Positions 18,376 through 28,884 of a DNA stretch of 64,000 nt are shown one piece after another (the first letter of the stretch is position 1; every line of letters starts with the position of its first letter). The translations under genes and the position numbers were made by a program. The notes beneath the pieces are model-generated. The model was not told the DNA's origin and ran no database searches. It saw only the letters and a program-made list of their open reading frames with translations. This DNA is from Desulfurobacterium atlanticum (lineage in GTDB: Bacteria; Aquificota; Aquificia; Desulfurobacteriales; Desulfurobacteriaceae): assembly GCF_900188395.1 (NCBI RefSeq), contig NZ_FZOB01000001.1, positions 198,101 to 262,100 on the forward strand, written 5' to 3'.

Positions 18376-21059
18376 AATACCTTTTACCCAGGTTGAGGAA
18401 TGAATATTCAGATAGATGGCAAAAAGTGCTTGATATTGTTGAAAGTGAACCTCTGCCAAATCCTAAAAGAGCATTGATTTTTATTGATAAACTTAAAACA
18501 AAACTTGAGCATAAATTTCCCGATTTTTTTCTTGATGAAGCTTTTTTAGTGGATTTAATTTACCTGTTTTCCTATTCTCAATTTTTAGGTGATTTTTTTG
18601 TTAAATATCCAGAAGAGATAGAAAAATTAGCTTCCATTTACAGGAAAAAGTTATGCAGAAAGGATTTTCTGTTGTCTTTTCCTGAAAGTATGGATGAAAC
18701 AAACTTTAAAAAACTTATCAGATTTCATCATCGTCTTCATATGGCAAGGATTGTTCTAAGAGATATAAGGAAGCTGGATTCTCTGCTCTATCTTACAAGG
18801 GATGTTACCCTTCTTCATGATGCTATTTTAGATGCTTCTTTAAGGTTTGCAACAGGTGTAATGGAAAAGAGGTATGGAAAACCTGAAGGTAGTGGTTTTT
18901 GTATCGTTGATATGGGAAAGGCTGCCGGGTTTGAACTTAACTACTCTTCCGATCTTGATGTTATATATGTTTACTATTCAAGATACGGAAGAACCACTGG
19001 CGGGAGCTATGGAAGTCTTGATAACCACGATTATTTTTCTCTTTTTTCAGAATACATAACAAAGCTTATTACAGAAAACACGAAAGAAGGTAAATGTTTT
19101 GAGCTTGATTTAAGATTGCGACCTAACGGGACAATGGGGCCTATATGTAACGATATAGAGGCACTGGAAGAATACTATACGGCGGTGGCAAGGCCGTGGG
19201 AGAGATTTGCTCTTTTAAAATCAAGACCGTCTGCGGGAGATTTAAAAACAACAGGAATTGAATTTGTAAAGCTTATCACTCCTTTTGTTTATCGTAAATA
19301 TATAGATTTTACTCTTATAGAGGAGGTTTTGAGATTAAAAGAACTTATAAAAGCCAAGGTTTCCAAAAAGCTTTCAAAGATTGATGTTAAACTCGGTGAA
19401 GGCGGAATTAGAGAAATTGAGTTTATTGTTCAAGCGTTTCAGATAATTTTTGGAGGAAAAAATCCCCATATAAGGTCCCGTAACACTCTTATAGCCCTTG
19501 AAAAATTACGTCACTGGGGATTCCTTACAGAATCAGAGTATAGGGTGCTGAAAGAGAGTTATCTGTTTTTAAGACGTACCGAACACATGATTCAGATAAC
19601 AAATTTTCGTCAGACTCAAACTTTTCATCCAGACAGTGAAGAAGCGGAAGAACTTGCAAAGAAACTTGGCTTTGAGACAAAAGAAAAGTTTTTAAGTTAT
19701 TTAAAAGAAATTATGTCAGCAGTTCATCAAATGTTTGAAAGGTTTTTCCCTACAGAAAAGAAAAAAACACTTTCTTCTCTTACAGTTGAAGATTTGAAAA
19801 AGAAAGAATTTTTTGAGCCTGAAGAGATAAAAAGATTTATTGATTATCTTTTTAACGGAAAACTTTTATCTGCAGAAGCACAAAATCGTCTTGATATTAT
19901 GGGAGAAACATTTATAGACCTTATATTTGAGATGCCAGACTCAAGGGAGTGTATGAAAAATCTCATAACTTTTCTTGAAAAGGAAGAAGGGAAAATCTAT
20001 TTTCTGTCCTATCTGAAAGAGATAAATACTTTGAAAGTTATTTTGATGCTTCTGTCTATGAAAGAATTTTTCATAAAGAGATTTTTAAAAAATCCTGAAA
20101 TACTGGAGTATATCTTTGACCCAGAGGGTATAGAACGTGAACGGAGCATAGAAATTATAAGTAAAACTTTTGATTTAATTAAAAATGATAACCTTGCCAA
20201 GGATTTGGAAGAGGTCAGAGCGGTTTTAAGATATCTTCTTGGTAGAAGTGATGTTAAAACTTTAAACAGAGAGCTTACAAATGTTGCAGATGTTGTTATA
20301 AATAGAGTTTATAAGGATTTAAAGCCTCCTTTTCTTGTTGCTTCTCTTGGAAAGCACGGTAGCAGAGAGATGAATATAGGTTCTGACATAGACATACTTT
20401 TTATTTTTTGTGATGAGAAGGATAAAGAGAGCTATATGAATCTTATAGTAGATTTTATAGAAAAACTTAAATGTTTTGATTACGAAGTTGACACAAGGCT
20501 CAGACCTTTTGGAGAAAAGGGAGAGCTTGGTTTTACAGTAAATTATATGGAGAGTTATTTTAAAGAATCTGCACGTGTATGGGAAAGGCTTGCTTACACA
20601 AGGTTTAGAGTGGTTGCAGGGAATGATGATTTTAAAAAGCTGGTTAACTTAAAAGTGAAAAAGTTTTTGTTTGAAGAAAATCTTGACGAAAAAACTTTAA
20701 GAGAGATTTTAAAGATGAGAGAAAGGCTTGAGAAAGAACTTTCCAAAAAATCTAAATTAAAATATAGTGTAGGTGGAATTGTTGATTCTGAATTTATAGC
20801 TTATACTTATCAACTTCTGAGGAAAAAGTGGATAGGAAACGTTTATGACGTTCTTCATGAGATTGCCAGGGAAAATGCCCGATTTTCAGAGCTTCCTGAA
20901 CTTTTTATACATTTGAGAGAAGCTGAAGTGGAAAAACGGTTTTACGGGAAGTTTATCAGTTGTGAAAATAAACTTTCTGATATTATGGAGAAAAACAGAA
21001 AGCTTTATCTGGAGTTTTTTGAATGGATAAGACCCTTAGTGAATACAAACGGGAAATAG
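18372..21059 (+). CDS. glnE: Glutamine synthetase adenylyltransferase/adenylyl-removing enzyme (GlnE-like, two nucleotidyltransferase domains)
   Basis: 895 aa; two Pol-beta-like NTase motifs (GKAAGFELNYSSDLDVIYVY and GKHGSREMNIGSDIDILFIF), each followed by GlnE-type helical domains; start overlaps rpoN stop (ATGA). Confidence 0.75.
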   Translation: MKYLLPRLRNEYSDRWQKVLDIVESEPLPNPKRALIFIDKLKTKLEHKFPDFFLDEAFLVDLIYLFSYSQFLGDFFVKYPEEIEKLASIYRKKLCRKDFLLSFPESMDETNFKKLIRFHHRLHMARIVLRDIRKLDSLLYLTRDVTLLHDAILDASLRFATGVMEKRYGKPEGSGFCIVDMGKAAGFELNYSSDLDVIYVYYSRYGRTTGGSYGSLDNHDYFSLFSEYITKLITENTKEGKCFELDLRLRPNGTMGPICNDIEALEEYYTAVARPWERFALLKSRPSAGDLKTTGIEFVKLITPFVYRKYIDFTLIEEVLRLKELIKAKVSKKLSKIDVKLGEGGIREIEFIVQAFQIIFGGKNPHIRSRNTLIALEKLRHWGFLTESEYRVLKESYLFLRRTEHMIQITNFRQTQTFHPDSEEAEELAKKLGFETKEKFLSYLKEIMSAVHQMFERFFPTEKKKTLSSLTVEDLKKKEFFEPEEIKRFIDYLFNGKLLSAEAQNRLDIMGETFIDLIFEMPDSRECMKNLITFLEKEEGKIYFLSYLKEINTLKVILMLLSMKEFFIKRFLKNPEILEYIFDPEGIERERSIEIISKTFDLIKNDNLAKDLEEVRAVLRYLLGRSDVKTLNRELTNVADVVINRVYKDLKPPFLVASLGKHGSREMNIGSDIDILFIFCDEKDKESYMNLIVDFIEKLKCFDYEVDTRLRPFGEKGELGFTVNYMESYFKESARVWERLAYTRFRVVAGNDDFKKLVNLKVKKFLFEENLDEKTLREILKMRERLEKELSKKSKLKYSVGGIVDSEFIAYTYQLLRKKWIGNVYDVLHEIARENARFSELPELFIHLREAEVEKRFYGKFISCENKLSDIMEKNRKLYLEFFEWIRPLVNTNGK

Positions 21060-21643
21060 TTTCATATATTTCTCAAACGTTCCCGAATTTACAGTTTCGG
21101 GGAAGTGCAGATATTAAGTTGCTTGAAAGATGGTATTATCTTGGAATTCCTCACACATTTATTTTGAAATATGTTACGGAGATGGAAGATAATCCTCCAA
21201 AAAGTTTAAAGGAACTTCAAGAAGTAATAGAGAGAAGATTCAAGGCGGATAAGAAGAAAGAAAAAGAACATTTAAATATGCTTTTTAAAAGCTACTCTTC
21301 TCCGCAGGAAAGACTCAGGTATCTTTATGATATTTTGCAGGCTATTCTTATTTCAATATCAGTGGATAACGTTTTAATTCTTGAAAAACTAAAAGAACTT
21401 GAAAATTGTGATGTTGAGACTGTAGAAGTTGAACTTGAGAGATTTGAAGAACTTTTTTATAAGTTTTTGTTTGAACATTCCAGGGATAAAGATGAAATTT
21501 TGCTTGAAGCTGTTAAAGAACTTGAGCCTTACCGCTTTTACTGGGATGAAAAAATTTATAAAATGACTTTGAAAGCTTTGATAAAAAAATTATTGAAGGA
21601 AAGGTATGAAATTCCTGACTTCACAACCGTTATTAGCAGTTGA
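21023..21643 (+). CDS. Hypothetical protein (helical, Lys/Glu-rich)
   Basis: 206 aa ORF overlapping the glnE 3' end by 37 nt; no recognised motif. Confidence 0.4.
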   Translation: MDKTLSEYKREIVSYISQTFPNLQFRGSADIKLLERWYYLGIPHTFILKYVTEMEDNPPKSLKELQEVIERRFKADKKKEKEHLNMLFKSYSSPQERLRYLYDILQAILISISVDNVLILEKLKELENCDVETVEVELERFEELFYKFLFEHSRDKDEILLEAVKELEPYRFYWDEKIYKMTLKALIKKLLKERYEIPDFTTVISS

Positions 21644-22304
21644 TTATCCGGCTGGAAGAGAAGATATAGTAAAAAAAAGAATTGAAAAACTTGAAAGATA
21701 TGGCATATCGCTGGAAAAGTTTATTGCCAAAGGTTACAGAGGGACAGTTTTTTCAGGAAAAATGTTTCCTCCCAGTTACTTTTCAACACCTATTAAAGTT
21801 GCTGTAAAGTTTGCAAGAAGTGATGTTGATAAAGTAAATTTTCTGCTCAAAGAAGCAGAAATTCTTGAGTATCTTTCCAATAATGATTTTGTTCCTGCTG
21901 TTTATTTTTATGATAAAGATTTTCTTGTTATGGAGTTTGTGGATGGAGAGCCTTTTGATAGTAAGACTTTTCTGCACAGGAAAGATTTTAAAGAGATTGT
22001 TTCCGTAATTTTAGAAAAATGTTACTTGATGGATGAACTTGGAGTAGAACACACAGAACTTAAAGGCAAGGATCACATAGTTGTTAATAGATTTTCAGTT
22101 AAATTTATAGACTTTGAGAGTGCAAAGTTTGCAAAATCTCCGAGGAATCTGTTTCAATTTTTAGGTGCCCACCTTTTTAATTTACCTGATGATGCTTTGG
22201 AAAGAAAGGGTATTAATGTTGAAAGAGTAAAGAAAGGTATGAAAACGTATAAGGAAAACAGAGAAAAAGGCTTGAAAGAGGTTTTAGAAGGTCTAAATCT
22301 TTAA
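21606..22304 (+). CDS. Atypical protein-kinase-like fold protein (RIO/Bud32/Kdo-kinase-like)
   Basis: 232 aa; VAVKFAR (VAIK-like Lys), catalytic-loop-like HTELKGKDHIVVN, metal-binding IDFESA (DFG-like). Overlaps previous ORF by 38 nt. Confidence 0.5.
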   Translation: MKFLTSQPLLAVDYPAGREDIVKKRIEKLERYGISLEKFIAKGYRGTVFSGKMFPPSYFSTPIKVAVKFARSDVDKVNFLLKEAEILEYLSNNDFVPAVYFYDKDFLVMEFVDGEPFDSKTFLHRKDFKEIVSVILEKCYLMDELGVEHTELKGKDHIVVNRFSVKFIDFESAKFAKSPRNLFQFLGAHLFNLPDDALERKGINVERVKKGMKTYKENREKGLKEVLEGLNL

Positions 22305-22399
22305 AGAACTTTAAGATTTTTCCTATTTCATTTTCTTTATCATGTTAAAATTTCTTTTGTTTTAAATCTATAAATATCTTTACTTCATAGGAGGAGGTT

Positions 22400-23464
22400 T
22401 TGATGAAAGTTGCTGTTTTTGGTTTTGGTAACCAGAGTTATTACAGAGATGTTATAAATATGGAAAGCCTACTTGGAGGGGAGCCACCTTTTGGTGGTGC
22501 AAGAATGGCTATGGAGTTTGCGCAGGCTGGCTATGAAGTTGTTCTTTCTGACCCACATATATCAACTATTGATGCGTCTCTTATTGAAAAGGTTAAAGCA
22601 GCTGGAGTTGAATTGACTACCGATGATGCTGTTGCTGCAAAAGATGCAGAAGTGGCCATTTTATTTACTCCTTTCAGAAGTGGCATTTCAATGAAGATAG
22701 CAGAGAGGATAATTCCACATCTTGGGAAGGGTGCTGTAATCTGCACAACATGTACAATGCCGGTTCTTGTTTTTGAAGTGGCAGTTAAAAAGACGCTCTT
22801 TATGGAAGATAGAGAAGATATCGGCTTCTCAACAATGCATCCGGCCGCTGTTCCTGGGACCCCTAAGCATAAACATTATTTTATAGCAACAAATGAACTT
22901 CTTGAGGATCATATTGTTGAACCTGAGCAGATTGAGAAGTTGAAAAAACTTGCCCAGGATACAGGTAAAACACCCTATCTTATACCGGCTGAGCTTGTGT
23001 CAGCTATGGGGGATATGGGAGTTGTTGCTACATCTGCAGCTTTTGCAAGTGCCCTTGAGTACTATGCTGTTTCCAGGAAATATTTGAAAACCACAAAAGA
23101 GATGACAGAATTTCAGCTTGCTCAGGCGTTTCAGGTAATGGCAAGTATTATTGCAAAGTATGGCCTTGAAGGTCTTGTAAAATTTATAAATTCTGAAGCT
23201 TTGAAAGTTTCTTTAAGTTCTATGCTGTATGATGAGAAAATTCAAAAGGTGGCTTTCTCTTCTATGGAGGCTCTTGAAAATATTAGGGCTATATCTGAAG
23301 ATTTACCGGAGAAAACAAAAATTTTTACTAAATATGAACCAACCTTTCTATCTGCTCCATCTCCAATGCTTATATCTTACATAGAAGAGCTTGCCGGTGA
23401 AGATGTTGCAAAGGGTATTATCAGAGAGGCTTTAAGGAAACTTTACGAAGGAAATAAATCGTAA
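22400..23464 (+). CDS. hmdII: Hmd-family protein ([Fe]-hydrogenase paralog, HmdII-like)
   Basis: 354 aa. By-eye alignment to methanogen Hmd: KVAVFGFGNQSYY ~ KIAILGAGCYRSH; EVVLSDP ~ EVVVSDP; GAVICTTCTMP ~ GAIVTHACTIP (FeGP Fe-ligating Cys aligned); FSTMHPAAVPGT ~ VSFHPGCVPEMKG; IPAELVSAMGDMGVVATSA ~ MPANLISPVCDMGSAVTA. Confidence 0.7.
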   Translation: MMKVAVFGFGNQSYYRDVINMESLLGGEPPFGGARMAMEFAQAGYEVVLSDPHISTIDASLIEKVKAAGVELTTDDAVAAKDAEVAILFTPFRSGISMKIAERIIPHLGKGAVICTTCTMPVLVFEVAVKKTLFMEDREDIGFSTMHPAAVPGTPKHKHYFIATNELLEDHIVEPEQIEKLKKLAQDTGKTPYLIPAELVSAMGDMGVVATSAAFASALEYYAVSRKYLKTTKEMTEFQLAQAFQVMASIIAKYGLEGLVKFINSEALKVSLSSMLYDEKIQKVAFSSMEALENIRAISEDLPEKTKIFTKYEPTFLSAPSPMLISYIEELAGEDVAKGIIREALRKLYEGNKS

Positions 23465-23479
23465 GAGGGGGAAATTGAT

Positions 23480-23860
23480 ATGCCAAGTAAAAGAGAACTA
23501 CTTGAAGAAGTATTGGCCAATTTAACTGATGCTCTTGGTGCTGATATTTTTGGGGCTCTTGTAGCCACTCCAGATGGTCAGGTTGTTGTATCAGCAATGC
23601 TAAAAGGTGGCCTTAGTGCTGAGAAGCTGGCAGCTATGGCTGCTGCAGTTGTTGGAACGTCTGAAAGATTGTCAAAAGTTGTTGAGGCAGGAGAGTTTAA
23701 TGATGCTCTTATAAGGTGCTCCAGTCAAAACATTTTAACTAAAAGGGCTGGAAGAAGAGCTATTCTTGTTTGTGTTGTTAAATCGGATGCAAATGTTGGT
23801 CTTTTAAATATAGAAGTTGAAGACGCGATTGATAGAATAAAGTCAATTCTTGGAGTTTAA
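23480..23860 (+). CDS. Roadblock/LC7 (MglB-like) domain protein
   Basis: 126 aa; alpha-beta-beta-alpha-beta pattern, GALVATPDGQVVVSAM and RAILVCVVKSDANVGLL typical of Roadblock/LC7 family. Confidence 0.7.
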   Translation: MPSKRELLEEVLANLTDALGADIFGALVATPDGQVVVSAMLKGGLSAEKLAAMAAAVVGTSERLSKVVEAGEFNDALIRCSSQNILTKRAGRRAILVCVVKSDANVGLLNIEVEDAIDRIKSILGV

Positions 23861-23888
23861 CTTTTTATGGATTGATGCCGATTTTAAA

Positions 23889-23917
23889 GGTGGCTTTAAA
23901 GCCGCCTTTTCTTTTTG
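23889..23917 (+). terminator. Rho-independent terminator after roadblock gene
   Basis: GGUGGCUUUAAAGCCGCC hairpin (one G-U) followed by ttttctttttg. Confidence 0.6.
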
Positions 23918-23964
23918 CTTTTAAATAAATGAGGCTGTTTGAAAAATGGCTATGAACTTTAAGA

Positions 23965-25606
<1,642 letters not shown>

Positions 25607-25614
25607 CTGTTTTG

Positions 25615-25640
25615 TCAGGAGGCATACGCCTCCTGATTTA
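25615..25640 (+). terminator. Terminator hairpin after guaB
   Basis: TCAGGAGGCatacGCCTCCTGA followed by ttta. Confidence 0.5.
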
Positions 25641-25752
25641 AAGATCTTTCAAAATCCCCTCCAGAATTTTTCAAAAATTAACACTTTCTCTTCTTGTAGA
25701 TAATATATTATTAGCATACCCATAATCTATTTTTACTATTCAAGGATTAGCA

Positions 25753-26127
25753 ATGAAAGTAGTTTCCAGAATAGATGGAAGAGTCAGGATAAAGTTTGAC
25801 AATATATATGAGCAGAGAAGCTTTGTTGAAAATATTTCAAAAATTCCAGGTGTGATAAATATAGAAACAGGAAAAGCTTTAAGTGCACTTGTTATTTATA
25901 AATCTGGTTCTCCTGCTGATTTTGTTCTACGGAATTTAAGAGAAACAGAAGAAGTGGTAAGGGCCGGGAGAGAAGAGATTTATCACTATGGAAATGCTGT
26001 TTTAACCCATCCTGCGGCTAAAGCTTTATGGACAGTTATGTGGCTTGGGTTTAGACGAGGAATTGTCACTTTTGCAGCGTGCAGTTTGATTCTTAACAGA
26101 TATATAAAAGCTGCATTTGAAAAATAA
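25753..26127 (+). CDS. Free-standing paralog of the P-type ATPase N-terminal ferredoxin-like (HMA-like, no CxxC) domain, with hydrophobic C-terminus
   Basis: 124 aa; MKVVSRIDGRVRIKFDNIYE...IPGVINIETGKALSALVIY aligns with ATPase N-terminus YKIVSFMEGRVQVKSDFFKY...FSGVISVKVSKKTGRVTVEY; C-terminal WTVMWLGFRRGIVTFAACSLIL hydrophobic segment. Confidence 0.5.
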   Translation: MKVVSRIDGRVRIKFDNIYEQRSFVENISKIPGVINIETGKALSALVIYKSGSPADFVLRNLRETEEVVRAGREEIYHYGNAVLTHPAAKALWTVMWLGFRRGIVTFAACSLILNRYIKAAFEK

Positions 26128-26144
26128 AGAGAGGAGGAGAAGTT

Positions 26145-26459
26145 ATGAAAATTTTGGGAGTTGGTGCTGCGGTTGGAGAGTGCATTTCTAAAAACTACTT
26201 TTTAGCAGGTCTTGGAACCGTTGCAGGAGTGGTTATTCTCGGAAGACTTCTAAAAGAAGCAAAGCCTTTGCTTGTTGGTGTAACAAAGGAAGCTATCGCT
26301 TTTCAGCAGTGGCTTAGTTCAAATATTGCTGAAGGGCAGGAAACGTGGGAGGATATTCTTGCCGAGGCAAGACATCAATATAAGCTTGAGATAGAAAAAA
26401 AACTTGAAATTATTCAAAAACAGCAGGAAGTTCTTGAAAAGCTTAAAGCAAGTCTTTAA
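26145..26459 (+). CDS. Small Gly-rich TM + coiled-coil protein (hypothetical)
   Basis: 104 aa; N-terminal GVGAAVG...LAGLGTVAGVVILG (GxxxG-like) hydrophobic stretch, C-terminal charged helical region; 17 nt after previous gene. Confidence 0.45.
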   Translation: MKILGVGAAVGECISKNYFLAGLGTVAGVVILGRLLKEAKPLLVGVTKEAIAFQQWLSSNIAEGQETWEDILAEARHQYKLEIEKKLEIIQKQQEVLEKLKASL

Positions 26460-26480
26460 TAAAAACAAACATCAGGAGGT

Positions 26481-26693
26481 GTGAAAATGAGCATTTTAAA
26501 TACAGCAGGGAAAGTTGTTTGTTCTGGACCATTTTCTTTCTTTTTAGGTGTAAGTGCAGGCTTAATCGGGCTTTATATGGTGAGCAGAATTGAGGAGCAG
26601 AGAAATCTTGAAAAGATGCAAAAGGAGATAGAAGCTGCAGTTAAAGCACTTGAAGCTCAAAAGAAGGCGGCTGAAGCTACTTCAACAAAATAA
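26481..26693 (+). CDS. Small TM + coiled-coil protein (hypothetical)
   Basis: 70 aa; PFSFFLGVSAGLIGLYMV TM then EEQRNLEKMQKEIEAAVKALEAQKKAAE helix; RBS GGAGG upstream. Confidence 0.4.
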   Translation: MKMSILNTAGKVVCSGPFSFFLGVSAGLIGLYMVSRIEEQRNLEKMQKEIEAAVKALEAQKKAAEATSTK

Positions 26694-26712
26694 ACATTGA
26701 AAAGGTGAAACT

Positions 26713-28863
26713 ATGAGTCTCCCATATAAGATAGTTAGTTTCATGGAAGGCAGGGTTCAGGTTAAGAGTGATTTTTTTAAGTATATATGTGTGTCTGAAG
26801 CTGGAATAGAGAGCTATATAAAATCTCACTTTTCCGGTGTTATTTCTGTAAAAGTAAGCAAAAAAACGGGCAGGGTAACTGTTGAGTATGACCCTGCTTC
26901 CTTTGATGTTAAAGAGTTTTTCTCTTTTCTTGCTTCCATTACTTCTGAGACAGTTCTTGATATGCTTTCTCAGTGGGATAAAGAGAACGGAAATGAGCAA
27001 AAAGAGGAAGAAACAGGTGAAGCAAAAAGAAGGTTTATTTTAAACTCACTTGCAATGGGTTTTGGAATTTCAAAGATTTTGCCTGTAAATGCTCTTTCAG
27101 CTCTTACACTTGCGCTTGCAATGCCAGTTTTTAAGAAAGCGTATAATTCATTAAAGCAAAAGAAAATAGATGTCTATTTCCTTGATTCTTCAGCAATAGC
27201 AATCCTTGCATTAAGAGGAACTCCCATTTCTTCTCTTCTCATGGTGTGGTTGCTTTCCCTTGGTGATTATATAGAAGAAATGACTCAAGGTTCTGCCCAT
27301 AAGGCTATTCGTGAACTTCTTGATTATAAAAACGAGGAAGCCTGGCTTGTCAAAAACGGTAGTGTTGAGAGGGTTTCGGTAGAGCTTTTAGAAAAAGGGG
27401 ATAAAGTAGTTGTTTACACTGGAGAGAAAATTACTGTTGATGGTGTTGTTTATGACGGTGAAGGACTTGTAAATCAGGCTTCATTAACGGGAGAATCCAA
27501 TCCGGTTCTTAAGAAAAAAGGAGATAAAGTTTATGCTGGCACCTATCTTGAGGATGGAAAGCTTTATGTAATAGCTGAGAAGGTTGGAGATGAAACGGCT
27601 CTTGCAAAAATAGTTAAAATCATAGAGGAAAGTGCTGCTGAACAGTTGCAGCTTCAGGAGAAAGCAGAGGAGCTTGCCAATAAAGCTGTTATACCAACGC
27701 TTGCTCTTGCATCTTACGCTGCTTTAACCGGGAACCTTGAAAGGGCAACAGCCACTTTGATAGTTGATTATCATACAGGTATTCATGTTTCAACTCCTGT
27801 TGCGGTTATGTCTCACATGGCATATGCGGCAAAAAAAGGAATTCTCTTTAAAAGTGGTAGATACCTTGAGATAATGCACAAAGTTGATACGGTAGTTTTT
27901 GATAAAACAGGAACTCTAACAATAGGTCATCCTACAATTACAGAAGTTGTTCCATTAAAGGTTTCTGAAGAAGAAGTTATTCAAATAGCTGCCACTCTTG
28001 AGCAGAGATTGACCCATCCTGTTGCTAAAGCGGTTGTGGCTTATGCTAAGGAAAGGAACATTGAACTTTTAAAGAGAGAAGATTCTCAGTATTATATGGG
28101 ACTTGGGGTAGAAGCTAAGATTAATGGTGTTACATATTACATAGGAAGTTCAAAATTTATGGAACATAAGGGAATAAAAATTCCCCAACGTATAATGAAG
28201 TTTAGAGAGGAGATGCACAAAAAAGGAGAATCGGTCCTCTATCTGGTGAGAGGTAAAGTGATAATAGGTCTTATTGGATTTACCGATCCTCCAAGGAAGG
28301 AGTCAAAATTTATTGTTGAAACTCTACATAGCCTTGGTAGAGAAGTTATTCTTTGCACAGGGGATAACGAAGGGGCTGCAGCTTTGATAGCTCAGAAACT
28401 GGGTATTAAGAAGTATTATGCCAGGGCTTTTCCTGATGAGAAAGCAAGAATAATTAAAGAGTTGAAAAAGCAGGGCAAAGTTGTAGCGTTTCTTGGGGAT
28501 GGAGTTAACGATTCTCCTGCTCTTTCGGTTGCTGATGTTGGCATTTCAATCCGTAGCGGTGCTGATATAGCTATAGAAGTTGCAGATGTGGTTATTAATG
28601 AAAGTTTATGTAATCTCGTTGAGGCTTTTGAGATTTCTGACCTTGCGATGAGAAATATAGAGGAAAACTACAAAATAAATACCATAGCAAATACGCTTGG
28701 TCTTGTAGGTTCTTTCTTTGGTTTTATAAATCCTGTTGTTGCAACTCTTATAAATAATGGGACTACTATTCTCATAGGTTTAAATGCTTTAAAACCTATG
28801 TGGAAGAAAAAGTTCAGAGAGATAGAAAAGATAGAGCAGCAGTGTGAAATGTTTGCTTATTAA
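26713..28863 (+). CDS. P1B-type (heavy-metal-like) P-type ATPase with non-canonical TM4 motif (YHT in place of CPC/SPC); substrate unknown
   Basis: 716 aa; TGES (SLTGESNP), DKTGTLT, P1B-specific HP motif (LTHPVAKAV), TGDN, GDGVNDSPAL; TM4 reads LIVDYHTGIHVSTPVAV where P1B pumps have ACPCALGLATP; no Cys in any TM; TM6 NNGTT. Confidence 0.85.
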   Translation: MSLPYKIVSFMEGRVQVKSDFFKYICVSEAGIESYIKSHFSGVISVKVSKKTGRVTVEYDPASFDVKEFFSFLASITSETVLDMLSQWDKENGNEQKEEETGEAKRRFILNSLAMGFGISKILPVNALSALTLALAMPVFKKAYNSLKQKKIDVYFLDSSAIAILALRGTPISSLLMVWLLSLGDYIEEMTQGSAHKAIRELLDYKNEEAWLVKNGSVERVSVELLEKGDKVVVYTGEKITVDGVVYDGEGLVNQASLTGESNPVLKKKGDKVYAGTYLEDGKLYVIAEKVGDETALAKIVKIIEESAAEQLQLQEKAEELANKAVIPTLALASYAALTGNLERATATLIVDYHTGIHVSTPVAVMSHMAYAAKKGILFKSGRYLEIMHKVDTVVFDKTGTLTIGHPTITEVVPLKVSEEEVIQIAATLEQRLTHPVAKAVVAYAKERNIELLKREDSQYYMGLGVEAKINGVTYYIGSSKFMEHKGIKIPQRIMKFREEMHKKGESVLYLVRGKVIIGLIGFTDPPRKESKFIVETLHSLGREVILCTGDNEGAAALIAQKLGIKKYYARAFPDEKARIIKELKKQGKVVAFLGDGVNDSPALSVADVGISIRSGADIAIEVADVVINESLCNLVEAFEISDLAMRNIEENYKINTIANTLGLVGSFFGFINPVVATLINNGTTILIGLNALKPMWKKKFREIEKIEQQCEMFAY

Positions 28864-28884
28864 ACCGTATAAAAGGGGGAAACT

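Noticed and set aside
22400-23464. Alternative reading of the Hmd-like ORF as a generic 6-phosphogluconate/prephenate dehydrogenase-type Rossmann protein
   Set aside because: The N-terminal G-rich loop alone would allow that. The C-terminal half matches Hmd-specific segments (TxxCTxP, HPxxVP, CDMG-like), which generic dehydrogenases lack, so the Hmd-family call is preferred; it still needs HMM confirmation.
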